64,000 nucleotides of DNA from Callorhinchus milii (GCF_018977255.1 NW_024704743.1:37140001-37204000), one strand, 5' to 3'. Counted from the first letter of the stretch, positions 36,357 through 49,423 are shown. Numbers and translations: made by a program. The notes: generated from the sequence alone by a model not told the origin.

Positions 36357-37621
36357 GCTGGACAAGCACTGGGAAGCTTTCCAGGCAGCGCTCTCAATGA
36401 CACACTATGAGGTTTTATATGGTTAGACTCCAGCAGTAACCCAACACACATTCTGGGATACCCAAGCCTTGCCTCCTGCCAAGCTGCACCTAATACTCTG
36501 GAGTTAGATAAACTGTGTGCGACACTCTAGGGGGAGAGTGCAGATTCCACTCCAGACACACGGAAATGTCCACATGTAGACATACTTATATACAACTCTT
36601 GGTCTAATTTGGATACATTTTAGCATATTGATGGGCTTCTGCATGTATCATACATCTGGCTGACCAAATAACTGATTGTTAGTATCGATCAAAATCTGCT
36701 CAACCTTAATCTTTCTGCCCTTTCAGGAGGCCACATTAAATGAATGAGCAGATGAAAAGCAAATCCTTTTTTAAAAAAAAAGTTTGCGTGTTTTACTTAA
36801 CACACAAGTTAGTTTGTTCAATAAATATTCTGTTTTGAATCTTCAATATCCTGCCTCGCATTATTCATCAGAGTGGGGTTGTGGTGGTGTGTGTGTGGGG
36901 TGGTGGGGGGGGGGGGGGGGGGTGTGGGAGAGGGTGATAAGGGATTAGTTGTGTACATTTCTGGCTGTGTATTACAGTGCAAGCTCTGCAAGAGCGACCC
37001 GCGATTCACTGGCTGCATTTGTTTGTCCTTCTCTTCCAGTAAGGAAGCACCAGTTGGCATCAATCCCAACAGATTGTTGCAATTAGAAAACATTAGTGAG
37101 ATATGTAAGGAATGTTATGCCACAAATTAAATGCCACAGTTTTCTTAAAGGGGCAACCCTGGAGATTGTGTGCTCTGGTGAACAAACTGTATTTAATTTC
37201 TTGACGCAAGGGAAACCACCGTTTATATGGAAATACAACAACAACAAAAAATTACTTTTGTATAGTGCCTTTAATATCAGGAGGACATCCCAAAGCGCTA
37301 CACAGTCAAGGATGTACAGTAAAACCCTACTTGACGGACTAATGGGAGGGGGGAGGAGTTCCGACCTGGCGGGCTGATATTTTAGGTTAGGTGTAATTAT
37401 ATTGTTGGTGCCAGCTTTTAGCTGTTTTGTTTCAGTGCTGAAAAATACCAGCATCAGCACTGTAATTGTTGGAATAATGCGAGCAAAAGATCGCTCATAA
37501 AATAGCTTCTTCTCATGGGATTGAAATTAAGTGAAAGTGGATATCCCTGCCTGCCTGGCCACTGAAGGCCAGCAAGCAAGAGATAAGACATAGGCCAACT
37601 TCTAGCGCAGCCTCTACAGTG

Positions 37622-38135
37622 TGTGTCAACCTGGCTCAGTGGAAGCCCTCTCGCCTCTGAATTGGGAAAGTTGCGGGTTCAAGCCCACCTCGGGATTTGG
37701 AACTCATAGACTAAGCTGACACTCCAATGCAGTGTTGGGGGTGTGCTGCAATTTCGGAGGTGCTGTCCTTCAGATGAGATGTTAAACTGAATCCTGTCTG
37801 CCTGTTCAGATTGTCATTAAAGATCCTATGGAACTATTCGAAAAGGGAAGAGAATCTCTCCTGGTGTCCTGGCCAACAATCCTCCAAATAAAATTGGCCA
37901 TTCAATCCGGCAATACAAAATTATATTTGTAAAGTGCCTTGCAAGTCGGGAGAACGTCCCAAGGCGCTGGTTGTTCATGGTTGTTTGTGGGGCATTGCTG
38001 TGCACAAATTGGCTGCTGCTTTTGCCCACAAAAGACACAGTCACTGCGCTTTACAGTATATCCTGCAAAAAAGCATTGGGACAGCCTCCTGAAATGAAAG
38101 GTGCTATACCAAATATAAGATTTATTTTTATTTTT
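37622..38135 (+). mobile_element. SINE family B, near full length
   Basis: gtgtcaacctggctcagtggaagccctctcgcctctgaa head, ggtgtcctggccaaca linker, core, tail; a small inverted L2 tail is embedded at ~37910-37968. Confidence 0.82.
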
Positions 38136-39439
38136 ATTCAGAAATAAAGAGTACTTTTCCAAGATAAAGGTCCTGGGAGCAAGTAGAATCAGTAATTTTT
38201 TAAAAATTATTTGTCAACAAATCCTTGCCTTAGAATCAAATGGCGAATAATTGAATGTACCCAGATGTGACAGATGTGGTCCTTTACCTTTACCTCCCCC
38301 AACACTGTTCTCAAAAACGACAATCACTTACAGCTGCATTTTGCTGCTTAGGCATCACGGAAGGAAACAAATCAAGAATTATACAGCCTCTGGGCATCAT
38401 TTGTCAGTGAGCTAAATGCTTAATATCCACACCTCAGAACTTGAGCTCCGTGCTCGGCTGGCTGCTCCAATACGTAACTGGGGTCCGCTGCTGTCTTTTG
38501 CATGACAAGTTTCTGTCTGCTTGTTCACTAGGTGGAACTTGGGAATCCCATGACTCCATCCAAAAATAGAACGAAGTGTCTCTCTCGGTGATTAATTGGT
38601 CATTTACCTCACGACTGTTTGCAAGACTTCCAATAAAAGCACTTCAACCAGATTGAAACGTCTGAGAGCGCTTCGCGTGCACTGACTGCTTTTGAAGGCA
38701 GGTTAGAAAAGACAATAAAAGCAACAAAACCTTTAGCGCTATTGTGTGGTGCACAAAGATGTCAGGTCCAATCTCTAATAGCAATAAAAGTAAAAACAAG
38801 TTCTCTGGGCATCTGATGGATGTGCAGGGGGGGAAATTGAAGTGCTCCTGATCCCACCTCCTCCAGATGGCCTCGAAATCAGCCCCCTGGGTGATTCCCA
38901 CCAGCTGAGCCCTGATTTTTACTGCATTTTCTGCAAAACATATTGCATAAATACAGCCTAAGAAAACATGAGGGGGGGGGCTGGTGCGAACAACAACAAC
39001 TTGCATTTATATAGCACTCTTCACGCGAGGGAGCATCCTGGAACGTCTCCACATTGAAGACTGTTCTGCGCTCTGAGACACTGCCTTGCGTGAAGGGCGC
39101 TAAATAAATGCAAGTTGTTGTGTTCTGAATGTGGTGCTTGGATGCACGTGCATGGGAGTTCACAGGAGGCTCTGTTAGTTTCTGAAGTGAAATTTCTCTC
39201 AGTGTGGCAGCAACGGCCCTTTAATTCCGACTCTGTAGGGCTTTGAAAAAGAACGAGAACAGATGTTTGTGAAAAAAAATAAAGCAGTTAAATGTAGGGC
39301 AACAAGGAGGTCAAGGGATGTTCAAGGACTGTAATCCAATGTGTAGTTTACTATTAAAAATGATTGCGAGCCCTCATCCAATCATTGCTAGTTTGACATC
39401 TGGCGCACTTCATCATTTATCATCCTCATCGGAGCGGCA

Positions 39440-42400
39440 ATGGCTGACAACTGGTGGCAGTGGTTAGCAATGTGTGGCAGTGGCTGGCATGCGGTGACAG
39501 TGCCTGGTAGTGAGTGGCAATGCCAATCGTAGGTGGCAGTGAGTGACAATGACTTGCAGTGATGTGGCAGTGTGTGGTAGTGATGTGGCAGTGATGCACA
39601 GTATGTGGCAGGGACTGGCAGGGATGTGGCAGTGACTGGCAGTGAGTGGCAGCAAGTGGCAGTTTGTGACAGTGACTGGTAATGACTGAGTGTGTGACAG
39701 TAACCAACTGTGTGGCAGAGTGCAACAGTGAATGACAGTAAGTGTGTGACAGTGAGTGTTAGTGAATGTTACTGAATGGTAGTGTGTGACACTGAGTGTT
39801 ACTGACTGGCAGTGACTGGCAGTGTGTCACAGTGATTATTACTGACTGGCATTGTGTGACAGTGAGTGCTACTGACTGGCAATGTGTGACAGTATGAGAC
39901 AGTGAGAGTTACTGACTGGCAGTGTGTGGCAGTGGCCGGCAGTGTGTGGCAGTGGCTGGCAATGGCTAGCAGTGTGTGGCAGTGTGTGGCAGTGTGTGGC
40001 AGTGGCTGGCAATGGCTAGCAGTGTGTGGCAGTGGCTGGCAGTGTGTGGCAGGGGCTGGCAGTGTGTGGCAGTGGCTGGCAGTGTGTGGCGGTGGCTGGA
40101 GGTGTGTGACGGTGGCTGGCATTGTGTGGCAGTGGCTGGCAGTGAGTGATGGTGGCTGGCATTGTGTGGCAGTGGCTGGCAGTGAGTGATGGTGGCTGGC
40201 AGTGTGTAGCAGTGGCTGGGGGTGGCTGACAGTGTGTGGCGGTGGGCTGTCAGTGTGTGGCTGTGGCTGGTAGTGTGTGGCATTGCCTGGCAGTGTGTGG
40301 CGGTGGCTGGCAGTGTGTGGCAGTGAGTGGCAGTGGCTGGCAGTGGTGGCTGGCAGTGTGTGGCGGTGGCTGGTAGTGTGTGGCATTGCCTGGCAGTGTG
40401 TGGCGGTGGCTGGCAGTGTGTGGCAGTGAGTGGCAGTGGCTGGCAGTGGTGGCTGGCAGTGTGTGGCGGTGGCTGGCAGTGGTGGCTGGCAGTGTGTGGC
40501 GGTGGCTGGCAGTGGTGGATGGCAGTGTGTGGCGGTGGTGGCAGTGTGTGGCAGTGGTAACTGGCAGTGTGTGGCGGTGGCTGACAGTGTGTGGCTGTGG
40601 TGGATGGCAGTGAGTTACTGACTGGCAGTGTGTGGCAGTGGGTGGCAGTGGTGGATGGCAGTGAGTTACTGACTGGCAGTGTGTGGCAGTGGGTGGCAGT
40701 GGTGGACGGCAGTGAGTTACTGACTGGCAGTGTGTGGCAGTGGATGGCAGTGGATGGCAGTGGTACATGGCAGTGAGTTACTGACTGGCAGTGTGTGGCA
40801 GTGTGTGGCAGTGAGTGACTGACTGGCAGTGTGTGGCAGTGAGTGCCTGACTGGCAGTGTGTGGCAGTGTGTGGCAGTGAGTGACTGACTGGCAGTGTGT
40901 GGCAGTGAGTGCCTGACTGGCAGTGTGTGGCAGTGAGTGACTGACTGGCAGTGTGTGGCAGTGAGTGCCTGACTGGCAGTGTGTGGCAGTGTGTGGCAGT
41001 GAGTGCCTGACTGGCAGTGTGTGGCAGTGTGTGGCAGTGAGTGACTGACTGGCAGTGTGTGGCAGTGTGTGGCAGTGAGTGACTGACTGGCAGTGTGTGG
41101 CAGTGTGTGGCAGTGAGTGACTGACTGGCAGTGTGTGGCAGTGTGTGGCAGTGAGTGCCTGACTGGAAGTGTGTGGCAGTGTGTGGCAGTGAGTGACTGA
41201 CTGGCAGTGTGTGGCAGTGTGTGGCAGTGAGTGACTGACTGGCAGTGTGTGGCAGTGTGTGGCAGTGAGTGACTGACTGGCAGTGTGTGGCAGTGTGTGG
41301 CAGTGAGTGACTGACTGGCAGTGTGTGGCAGTGTGTGGCAGTGAGTGCCTGACTGGCAGTGTGTGGCAGTGTGTGCCAGTGAGTGACTGACTGGCAGTGT
41401 GTGGCAGTGTGGGGCAGTGAGTGCCTGATGTGTGGCAGTGGAGTGACTGACTGGCAGTGTGTGGCAGTGGTGGGTGGCAGTGAGTGACTGACTGGCAGTG
41501 TGTGGCAGTGTGTGGAGTGAGTGCCTGACTGGCAGTGTGTGGCAGTGTGTGGCAGTGAGTGACCTGACTGGCAGTGTGTGGCAGTGTGTGGCAGTGAGTG
41601 ACTGACTGGCAGTGTGTGGCAGTGTGTGGCAGTGAGTGACTGACTGGCAGTGTGTGGCAGTGTGTGGCAGTGAGTGCCTGACTGGCAGTGTGTGGCAGTG
41701 TGTGGCAGTGAGTGACTGACTGGCAGTGTGTGGCAGTGTGTGGCAGTGAGTGACTGACTGGCAGTGTGTGGCAGTGTGTGGCAGTGAGTGACTGACTGGC
41801 AGTGTGTGGCAGTGTGTGGTAGTGAGTGGCAGTGAGTGACTGACTGGCAGTGTGTGGCAGTGTGTGGTAGTGAGTGGCAGTGAGTGACTGACTGGCAGTG
41901 TGTGGCAGTGGGTGGCAGTGAGTGACTGACTGGCAGTGTGTGGCAGTGTGTGGCAGTGTGTGGCAGTGAGTGACTGACTGGCAGTGTGTGGCAGTGAGTG
42001 GCAGTGAGTGCCTGACTGCAGTGTGTGCAGTGTGTAGCAGTGGACTGACTGGCAGTGTGTGGCAGTGTGTGGCAGTGAGTGGCAGTGAGTGACTGACTGG
42101 CAGTGTGTGGCAGTGTGTGGCAGTGAGTGACTGACTGGCAGTGTGTGGCAGTGAGTGGCAGTGAGTGACTGACTGGCAGTGTGTGGCAGTGTGTGGCAGT
42201 GAGTGACTGACTGGCAGTGTGTGGCAGTGTGTGGCAGTGAGTGACTGACTGGCAGTGTGTGGCAGTGTGTGGGCAGTGGTGTGGTGTGGCAGTGGCAGTG
42301 AGTGACTGACTGGGCAGTGTGTGGCAGTGTGTGGCAGTGAGTGACTGACTGGCAGTGTGTGGCAGTGTGTGGCAGTGAGTGACTGACTGGCAGTGTGTGG

Positions 42401-42613
42401 CAGTGTGTGGCAGTGGGTGACTGACTGGCAGTGTGTGGCAGTGAGTGGCAGTGAGTGACTGACTGGCAGTGTGTGGCAGTGTGTGGCAGTGAGTGGCAGT
42501 GTGTGGTGTGTGGCAGTGTGTGGCAGTGAGTGACTGACTGGCAGTGTGTGGCAGTGAGTGGCAGTGAGTGACTGACTGGCAGTGTGTGGCAGTGGGTGGC
42601 AGTGAGTGACTGA
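39440..42613. repeat. GGCAGTGTGT-based satellite with a 38-bp higher-order unit
   Basis: Unit GGCAGTGTGT GGCAGTGTGT GGCAGTGAGT GACTGACT. Degenerate at the left, homogeneous from ~40800, and runs into the gap. Confidence 0.97.
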
Positions 42614-42638
42614 NNNNNNNNNNNNNNNNNNNNNNNNN
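42614..42638. other. Assembly gap (25 N)
   Basis: Run of n directly after the GGCAGT satellite; true size unknown. Confidence 0.99.
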
Positions 42639-43369
42639 AAGTTAGGAAGAGATTTGATATTTTACAAAAGATCAGGAGATGGTATACATGTGGTCCACAT
42701 GGTATCCAGACCAGATGGGATAATAATAATAATAATCCATACATTTTGCCTTTCATGTCAGGAAGACATCGCAAAGCGCTTCACAGGATCTACTGCAAAG
42801 TGCAATGACTGTTTTGTTGGCAAATGTGGCAGAAAAGTTTGTGCATAAACAGCCATGGAGTTAATGACCAATTTTATTTGGGGCATCGTTAGCCAGGACA
42901 CCAGGAGAAACTCTTTTCAAATAGTGCCACACGATCATTAACATTCAGACAGCAGACATGGCCTTGGTTTAACATCTCATCTGATCAAAAGCTCCTCTAA
43001 CAATGCAGCACATCCCCAGCACATGCATTGGGGTGTTAGTTTGAACTATATGAGTTAGACTATAAGGGATCAAGTGTACATAAGTGTGTGTGTGTATATA
43101 TATATATATAAATAAGGAACACACCTTGCAATCTCTTGAGGAAATAGCTGAGGTTTTGGTTAATACTTTTTGGAACCCTACAAATACTGCAGTTGTTATT
43201 TGAAGATTACAATTAATTCTCAAAGTTGAGATTGATTTCTGCCCTTCTCCAGTCTTATCATAAATATCAAATTCATGAAAACTGCTATGCATATCCTAAT
43301 TCACTGGAGAATGCATTAATATATTCAAGTTAATTATATCGTAGTCAGTGGATAGGATTCGTCAGAATT

Positions 43370-43520
43370 AACCAATGTCCTCTTCATTATTTATAAGGTT
43401 AAAGAAGGAGTGCAGTTCAGCCACACGGAGTCCCTGAGGCATTCCTTCCTTGGCTTGAAGTACGGTGATTAAAGTGCTGGAAAGGTCAAACAGCAGAATA
43501 TATTTAATACTCGGTTGCGC
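43370..43520 (-). mobile_element. Possible highly decayed non-LTR RT relic
   Basis: Minus ORF has LLFDLSS...EGMPQG...FFNLIN, reminiscent of RT motifs but heavily deleted. Confidence 0.3.
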
Positions 43521-44925
43521 ACAAAGCAAATAGAACGTTAATAGGAACGTGAGAATGTACAGGAAACAGAATAAACCACCGTAGTTCATCTGGCCATCCC
43601 TAAAGTTTAAAACAAATCCTACATGACCATCTCTCATATCCCTCTTGTATTGATTTCTTGGTCAAAGGGCTGTCAAATTCCCTCTTGAATACTCGGCCAC
43701 TCCTAGTTGGAACAGGAATCTATTAGTAAAATCTTGATTGCCACTAAGTTATTAGCAAATGAATGGAAATAATGAGGAACATTAGCATCCAGTGTAATTT
43801 GTAAGCGTTTTGCAAATGACTCTAGAAAATGGGATTCCACAGGGTTCATGAAGCTCCGGAGGGGGCCAGCTTCTCCTGAAGTGGGGAGGGAGGAGAATGC
43901 CCGCAAAGCCAGGTCCTGCAGGTTCAAATCTGATCAGCAGCCATCATCTAAACTCCTGTTTTAAAATTGGTGGAAGTTTTCACTTAAGTGCATGTAGAAT
44001 AAATACTGAAAATGATATAAGATTGTGGTATCACAGATTGTTCGCTTGCTGCAATAAACTGTTAAGTATCACTCAATTGGAAACGTTGAAGAGATTAGGT
44101 CATTCTCACTAGTTCCTCGACGGGATTAAAATGAGTTAATGTCAGTGAACCTTTCCATGTGCATAATGGGAAACAAAATGTGTATGTGTGTCAGCGGGCA
44201 CTAACATAAACAACAACAGACTGCAATACAATGTCACTGTGCATGAATTCCAAATTAACTGTTTATGACTCATTGCCACTAGCAAGTGGAATCAAATTGT
44301 TTATAGAAAATGGAATGCAACTGCTCAGTGAACTGCAGAGTAAATAGTATAAAACTAAGGGATATTTGGTTGTAACTTCAATCTAGTGCTTCCATTTTGG
44401 AATTTAGGTAACTCTTTCAATCTCACCAGCTTCACACTGTTCCTCTGATTGTCTCAGTGCAATTACTGCCCTATAATTACTGTATTTTATATCTGCTCTC
44501 AACTTTACTACCTCTATTTTGTATTTAAATCTCCTTTCTTCCCACTTTTTATAATAGTCCTAATAATCCTTGCAAAGGAAATAGCGCCTGATCCCAATCC
44601 CTAACTTGGGTCCAAATCCCTGACTGTCCTCCTGACGTCCTTTGGGACGTCCTCCTGACGTGACGGGTACAATGCAAATGTAATTTGTTATTGTTGTTAT
44701 AACATCAACCCTCAAAGCACCTATTGTTAAGTGTAGTACCTGTGCATTTGTAGGTGAACAAAGCAGCTGTCTTGCACACAACAGTGTTCTCCAAATAAGT
44801 GATTGATCAATATAACTAGAGGATTGTTGGCCAGGGCACTGTACAAAACTCTTCTCTTTTAAAATGGTGCCATGGGTGCATTAATTCCACTTAAACAGGC
44901 AGATAGATTTAGCATATCATCCAAA

Positions 44926-45232
44926 GGAGTCCTGTAGCTCAGTGGTTAGAGCACTCGCTTTGCAAGCGAGAGACCTGAGTTCAATTCCAGGCAGAGGGCG
45001 AAACCTTGGGCAAGTTTCCTTACTCCACACACCTAATAATAATCCCTCCAAAACCAAAAACAATAATAAATTGGTCATTTTCAATCTACGACTGTTTGTG
45101 GGACATTGCTGTGCGCAATTGGCTGCCGCGTTCGCCCACAAATATACAGTCAATTCACTTTACAGTGTGTTCTGTGAAGCGCTTTGGGACATCCTCCCAA
45201 CGTGAAAAGCGCTATATCAAATGCAAGGATTA
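44926..45232 (+). mobile_element. SINE family A short form, young copy, inserted into a family B SINE
   Basis: Near-identical to 34959-35270; flanked by collinear halves of a minus-strand family B SINE. Confidence 0.92.
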
Positions 45233-45689
45233 AAGGACTGCACCTCCAACAAAGCAATGCTCCCCAGCACTGCACTGCTATAGTGTGAGTTTAGATCATG
45301 AGCTCAGGGTACCTGATGTGGGACTTGAACCATCCTCCCCACTGGCCCAGAGACACGAGTGCTACCAATAGAGCCATGCTGACACCTATTTTTTAACCAA
45401 TCTCTTTCCATGTTGTGGACCCAATGATGTTCATCTCCAGTGTAGGTGGGCAGCAATTTGTTTCTAGACATTTCATTCCTATACGATAAACTCCCATCCG
45501 CATGTTCGGGTGGATGTTACAGATACCATTACACTGTTCAAAAAGAGAAGGGAATTCTCCCAGAGTCTGTGTAGTGCAGATGAAGTAAAGCAGGCCAGCG
45601 CTTGTAGAGCAGAGGATGCAGACAGTTGGTAGGGTAAAGAATTTAATAATATTTGGAGACAAGTACATAGATTTACATAGACTGTAAGG

Positions 45690-45930
45690 CATGAAAACAA
45701 GCTATTTGGTGCAACCAGTCCAGTGTTTATACTCCGCATGAGGCTCCACCCACTCCTCCCATACCCTTCTATTCCCCTCTATTTCATGTGAAGGTCGAGC
45801 TTCCTCTTGAATGCATCTGTACTGTCTGATTCACACACCGCTTCAGGCAGTGAGTTCCACATTCTCAATACCCTTTGCGTGAAGTGGTTCTTCCTAACTC
45901 TCTTTTGGATTCCCTTGTTGCTATCGTATC
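45690..45930 (-). mobile_element. CR1 3' end fragment
   Basis: RKNHFTQRVLRMWNSLPEAV..FKRKLD plus 3' UTR. Confidence 0.8.
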
Positions 45931-46770
45931 CTTGTGTTGTACAGTCTTGTTTTAAACCCATAAGGCTGTCTTGTTGTGATGTCTAGCAATGTTAAGGATA
46001 GTGTTTTGAAAATGCTTGGCTCATTAGATTTATAAATTCACAAAAGGTTTAATTAAGCATCCCAATCATGTGGAAAGTAGCATTTGCATCAAGCCAGTTG
46101 TTTAAATGTTTCTCTAGCTAACGGGATGAATGTTGTGGCAATGAAATAGCTTATAAAATACTGCTGGGTGAGATGCAGATATATTACAGTGAGGTTCATT
46201 GCCATAGGTAGCAATGTTCAAGTCCTCTGTTACTCCTTTAGTTGTGGTGTTTTACGTTAGTTTTGTTTGAGTTTAGTACATAAAAGTATGCTTACTCCAT
46301 CCTTAATTTGGCAGATTAATTATTGCACATCACGTTAATCTAAGTAATGTGGTGTCTCAATGAACACGTGTCACTTCACGCCTACCCCACGCTACGTTTG
46401 TGATCACCTGCAACCCTCTGACCCAGCTGCTCCCTTCGCTTAATGAACACTGACCTGCTTCATTTCTTCCAGCCTATCCATCCCACGAATGTTTGTGGAA
46501 CACTGCTGTGTACAATTGGCTACCGGGTTTCGCCCACAAAATATACGGTCAATTCACTTTACAGTATATTCTGTGAAGCAGTTTGAGACGTCTCGAAGAC
46601 ATCAAATGGAAGGATTATTATTATTATTAGCGGGTGAGCTTTCAGCCAATATAAATAAAAACTGTATATGTGTACTGGCTGCCAAAGTGATAGCAATGTT
46701 GAGGCCTCTCTCAATGTATTTGAAATGTTGTATAATTAAAAGCTAATGTAAGAATATTTGTGTTTTGCAG

Positions 46771-46878
46771 TCCTTGTTGGATGGTTTGGCTGACCTCCCT
46801 GAATGGTATGGGGTTAAGGGAATGCAAGCAAACTGGATAGGAGATTGTACTGGATGCTACTTCGATTTTGAATTGAAA
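46771..46878 (+). CDS. LARS2: LARS2 coding exon (first visible; 108 bp, phase 0-0)
   Basis: ttttgcag|TCC...AAA|gtaaga; [36 protein letters not shown] matches mitochondrial LeuRS. Confidence 0.95.
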
Positions 46879-47575
46879 GTAAGACTTTATGGCCATTTGA
46901 TAGTTAACTTTCATTTGTTGATTCAACCAGAGCTACCTGAACTCTATTAAAATGTATATAAAACTCTATATTAATATTTAAGGCTAGTGTTGAAAGTGTG
47001 GGGATTTTTCAGCATTATGTGTCACTGTTCCATTAGAAACGTCACTGGACTCTCTCGTTCATTTTTCAGACTTGGAGGTGTTCAGCATGTTCTTGGGAAG
47101 CCTAATAATTGCAACGCCAAGGCCTTATGTGCTCAACTCTCACAGCTTAGTTTACAAGTTACAGTATTTGGGTTTTCATGTACTCAATGTAACCATGTTT
47201 CATCCATCAGTTCCTCTATAACCAATGCACGTGTTTATGTACTACGGTCTTAGACTACAGAGTGCCTTTCCTTTCCAAATTTCAATTCAGAAAACAAGTT
47301 CTAAAAATAACTATTTGATCATCCTCGCTGGCTATTTGAAAACGAGTGGTACAAAACTCCCTGCATTGCAAAAGGAGCTGTGAATTTTAAGGTATTTTGT
47401 TTCATTTTTAAAAAGCACAGCAGAAAGTGGCATAGCTCTTCGATCAGATTGTAAACACTGAAGTAGCTGTGCAGGTGTCCAAATGCGGTGCTTTAAGCAG
47501 TCAGTACGTTGTGACACCACAATGGGTATCTGTTCTTTTTGGTAGACTTTACTCAGCTGATCCATCCTGTACTAG

Positions 47576-47735
47576 GTCAACGGGAGGTTCGTTGGTGAGA
47601 AACTGCCTGCGTACTGCTTCACCCCAGAGGCCATTTACGGTGCGTCCCATCTTACCATCCTGCCTAGTCACAGGCTGCTGCACGGCAACAGTCACTTGAA
47701 GGACTTTCTTCAGAAGTATTTGGTGTCTGATACAG
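47576..47735 (+). CDS. LARS2: LARS2 coding exon (160 bp, phase 0-1; start of CP1 domain)
   Basis: actag|GTC...ACAG|gtaagg; [53 protein letters not shown]. Confidence 0.93.
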
Positions 47736-48112
47736 GTAAGGGTGTGAGGCTATTTGTTTTTAAACTTAAGTAATTCAGAACAGTGCCTGTCCCCAGTTTG
47801 TGCTTTAGCCAGGTGAGAGCAGGAGGCACTGCAGCTGCCTCCAGCATTCCTGGGCCAGGGATGGGTGAAATCAGCCGGTCTCCTGATCTCTTTTGGTTAC
47901 TCCTGATGGAATGGTGCACATGTGAACGTCATGTGAAGATAGCTGATGTCACATCCTGTACATGAGCAAGGTGCCGGAGGTGATGGTGAACTGACGACCT
48001 AGAAGATGGCCATTTATTAACACGGGAAACGAGCAGTTCCGTGCTGAGAGTTTTCCCAGCAACCACAGATACACCAACAACAGCTTGCATTTGTATAGTG
48101 GCCTTCACATAG

Positions 48113-48260
48113 GTAGTGTCCTGGGGTGTTTAACACATGGGTAGTGTCCTGAGGTGCTTAACACATGGGTAGTGTCCTGAGGTGTTTAACACATGGGTAG
48201 TGTCCTGAGGTGCTTAACACATGGGTAGTGTCCTGAGGTGCTTAACACATGGGTAGTGTC
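48113..48260. repeat. 28-bp tandem repeat, 5 full copies plus a partial copy
   Basis: GTAGTGTCCTGAGGTGCTTAACACATGG at 48113, 48141, 48169, 48197, 48225, with a partial copy at 48253. Confidence 0.92.
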
Positions 48261-49423
48261 TTGGTGACTGAATAGTGCGATTGAAGAGGAAAGTCTTCAG
48301 GTGTGATTTGAATACAGGCAGAGAGGTGGGCAAGACAGAGGGATTGAGGCAGAGTTCCAGAGATTCAGGGCATAGTGTCTAAAAGCACAGCTGCCGATCG
48401 TGGAGTGGAGGGGATGCAGATTGTTTAGAAAACTGTGTTTTTAATATGTGTGCCTCGTGCAGAACGTCCGCAGGGCACCCACAATTAAAAGTGGACTGCA
48501 CTCCAGAGAGGCACTTAACAATGGGATTTACCACTATCTAATTGATCAATGGGAAGCATGTTAGTTTTGTTAATCTTTATTGCTGAATAATATGCAGAAG
48601 AATTGATTACAAAATAACATTTCTCTTGCTGTAAAATGGTTCTAAAAGAAAGGACCTGTAGCTGGTCAGGTCAAGTAAACCTTTTGCTCTTGCAGTACTA
48701 TTGCACTGGCTCATGAACGTTAAGCAAGGTTTTCATTTTATTTTTCTTTGGTGTCTGGATTCAGATTGAAAACAGACTGATAGGCTGGAGGTATCCTTCC
48801 TGCCAGTTGTGAAGGCTATATATGAAATGTGTTTGTTGAGTCTCAATTGAGTTGTTACTCAGAAAAGATTGACCCACAAAATTGCTTAAACTTCAGAGAT
48901 CAGGCTTGTGTTGGGAGAGGCTTGGTAACTGGTTGTGTGCCAATGTTAGGGAAAGGGAAGCAAAAAATATCAACTGACTTTGTTGGCTTTCTCTTCTGTC
49001 CATCCTACCCAAACCCAAAATTGTAACAAAGTATTGCACATGAAGTATTTCTCTTGTATATTTCAATTTAATTTCAGAAATGGCACCTTCAGACCGTCTT
49101 AATGTAGTGGCACATGCAACGAAAATTGTTTTGAATGTATTTGAAAGTTGCAGTGGAAATATGGTACTCCAGCAAATGTTGATCTGCCAACAAGGCGCCT
49201 TTACCTCTCCCCACAACCCCCATCCTTAGTTTATTCTTGGATCATAATCAGTGTTCCAGTCTCTTCTGCTATAAATAATTTATTTGCCTCAGTTCTGTAG
49301 TTGCGTTAGAAGCCCATTTTAATGAGTTTTAATATTTGACTCTTAAACTCTCGAGTGACTTTGTATTAACATCTATACATTTAAACTGTTAAATATGGGA
49401 TTCATTGTCTGCGTGTCTTCCAG

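Noticed and set aside
39799..42774. His/Thr/Cys-rich ORFs up to 685 aa (metal-binding- or antifreeze-like appearance)
   Set aside because: Translation of the satellite; frames shift with repeat indels and the longest ORF spans the N gap.
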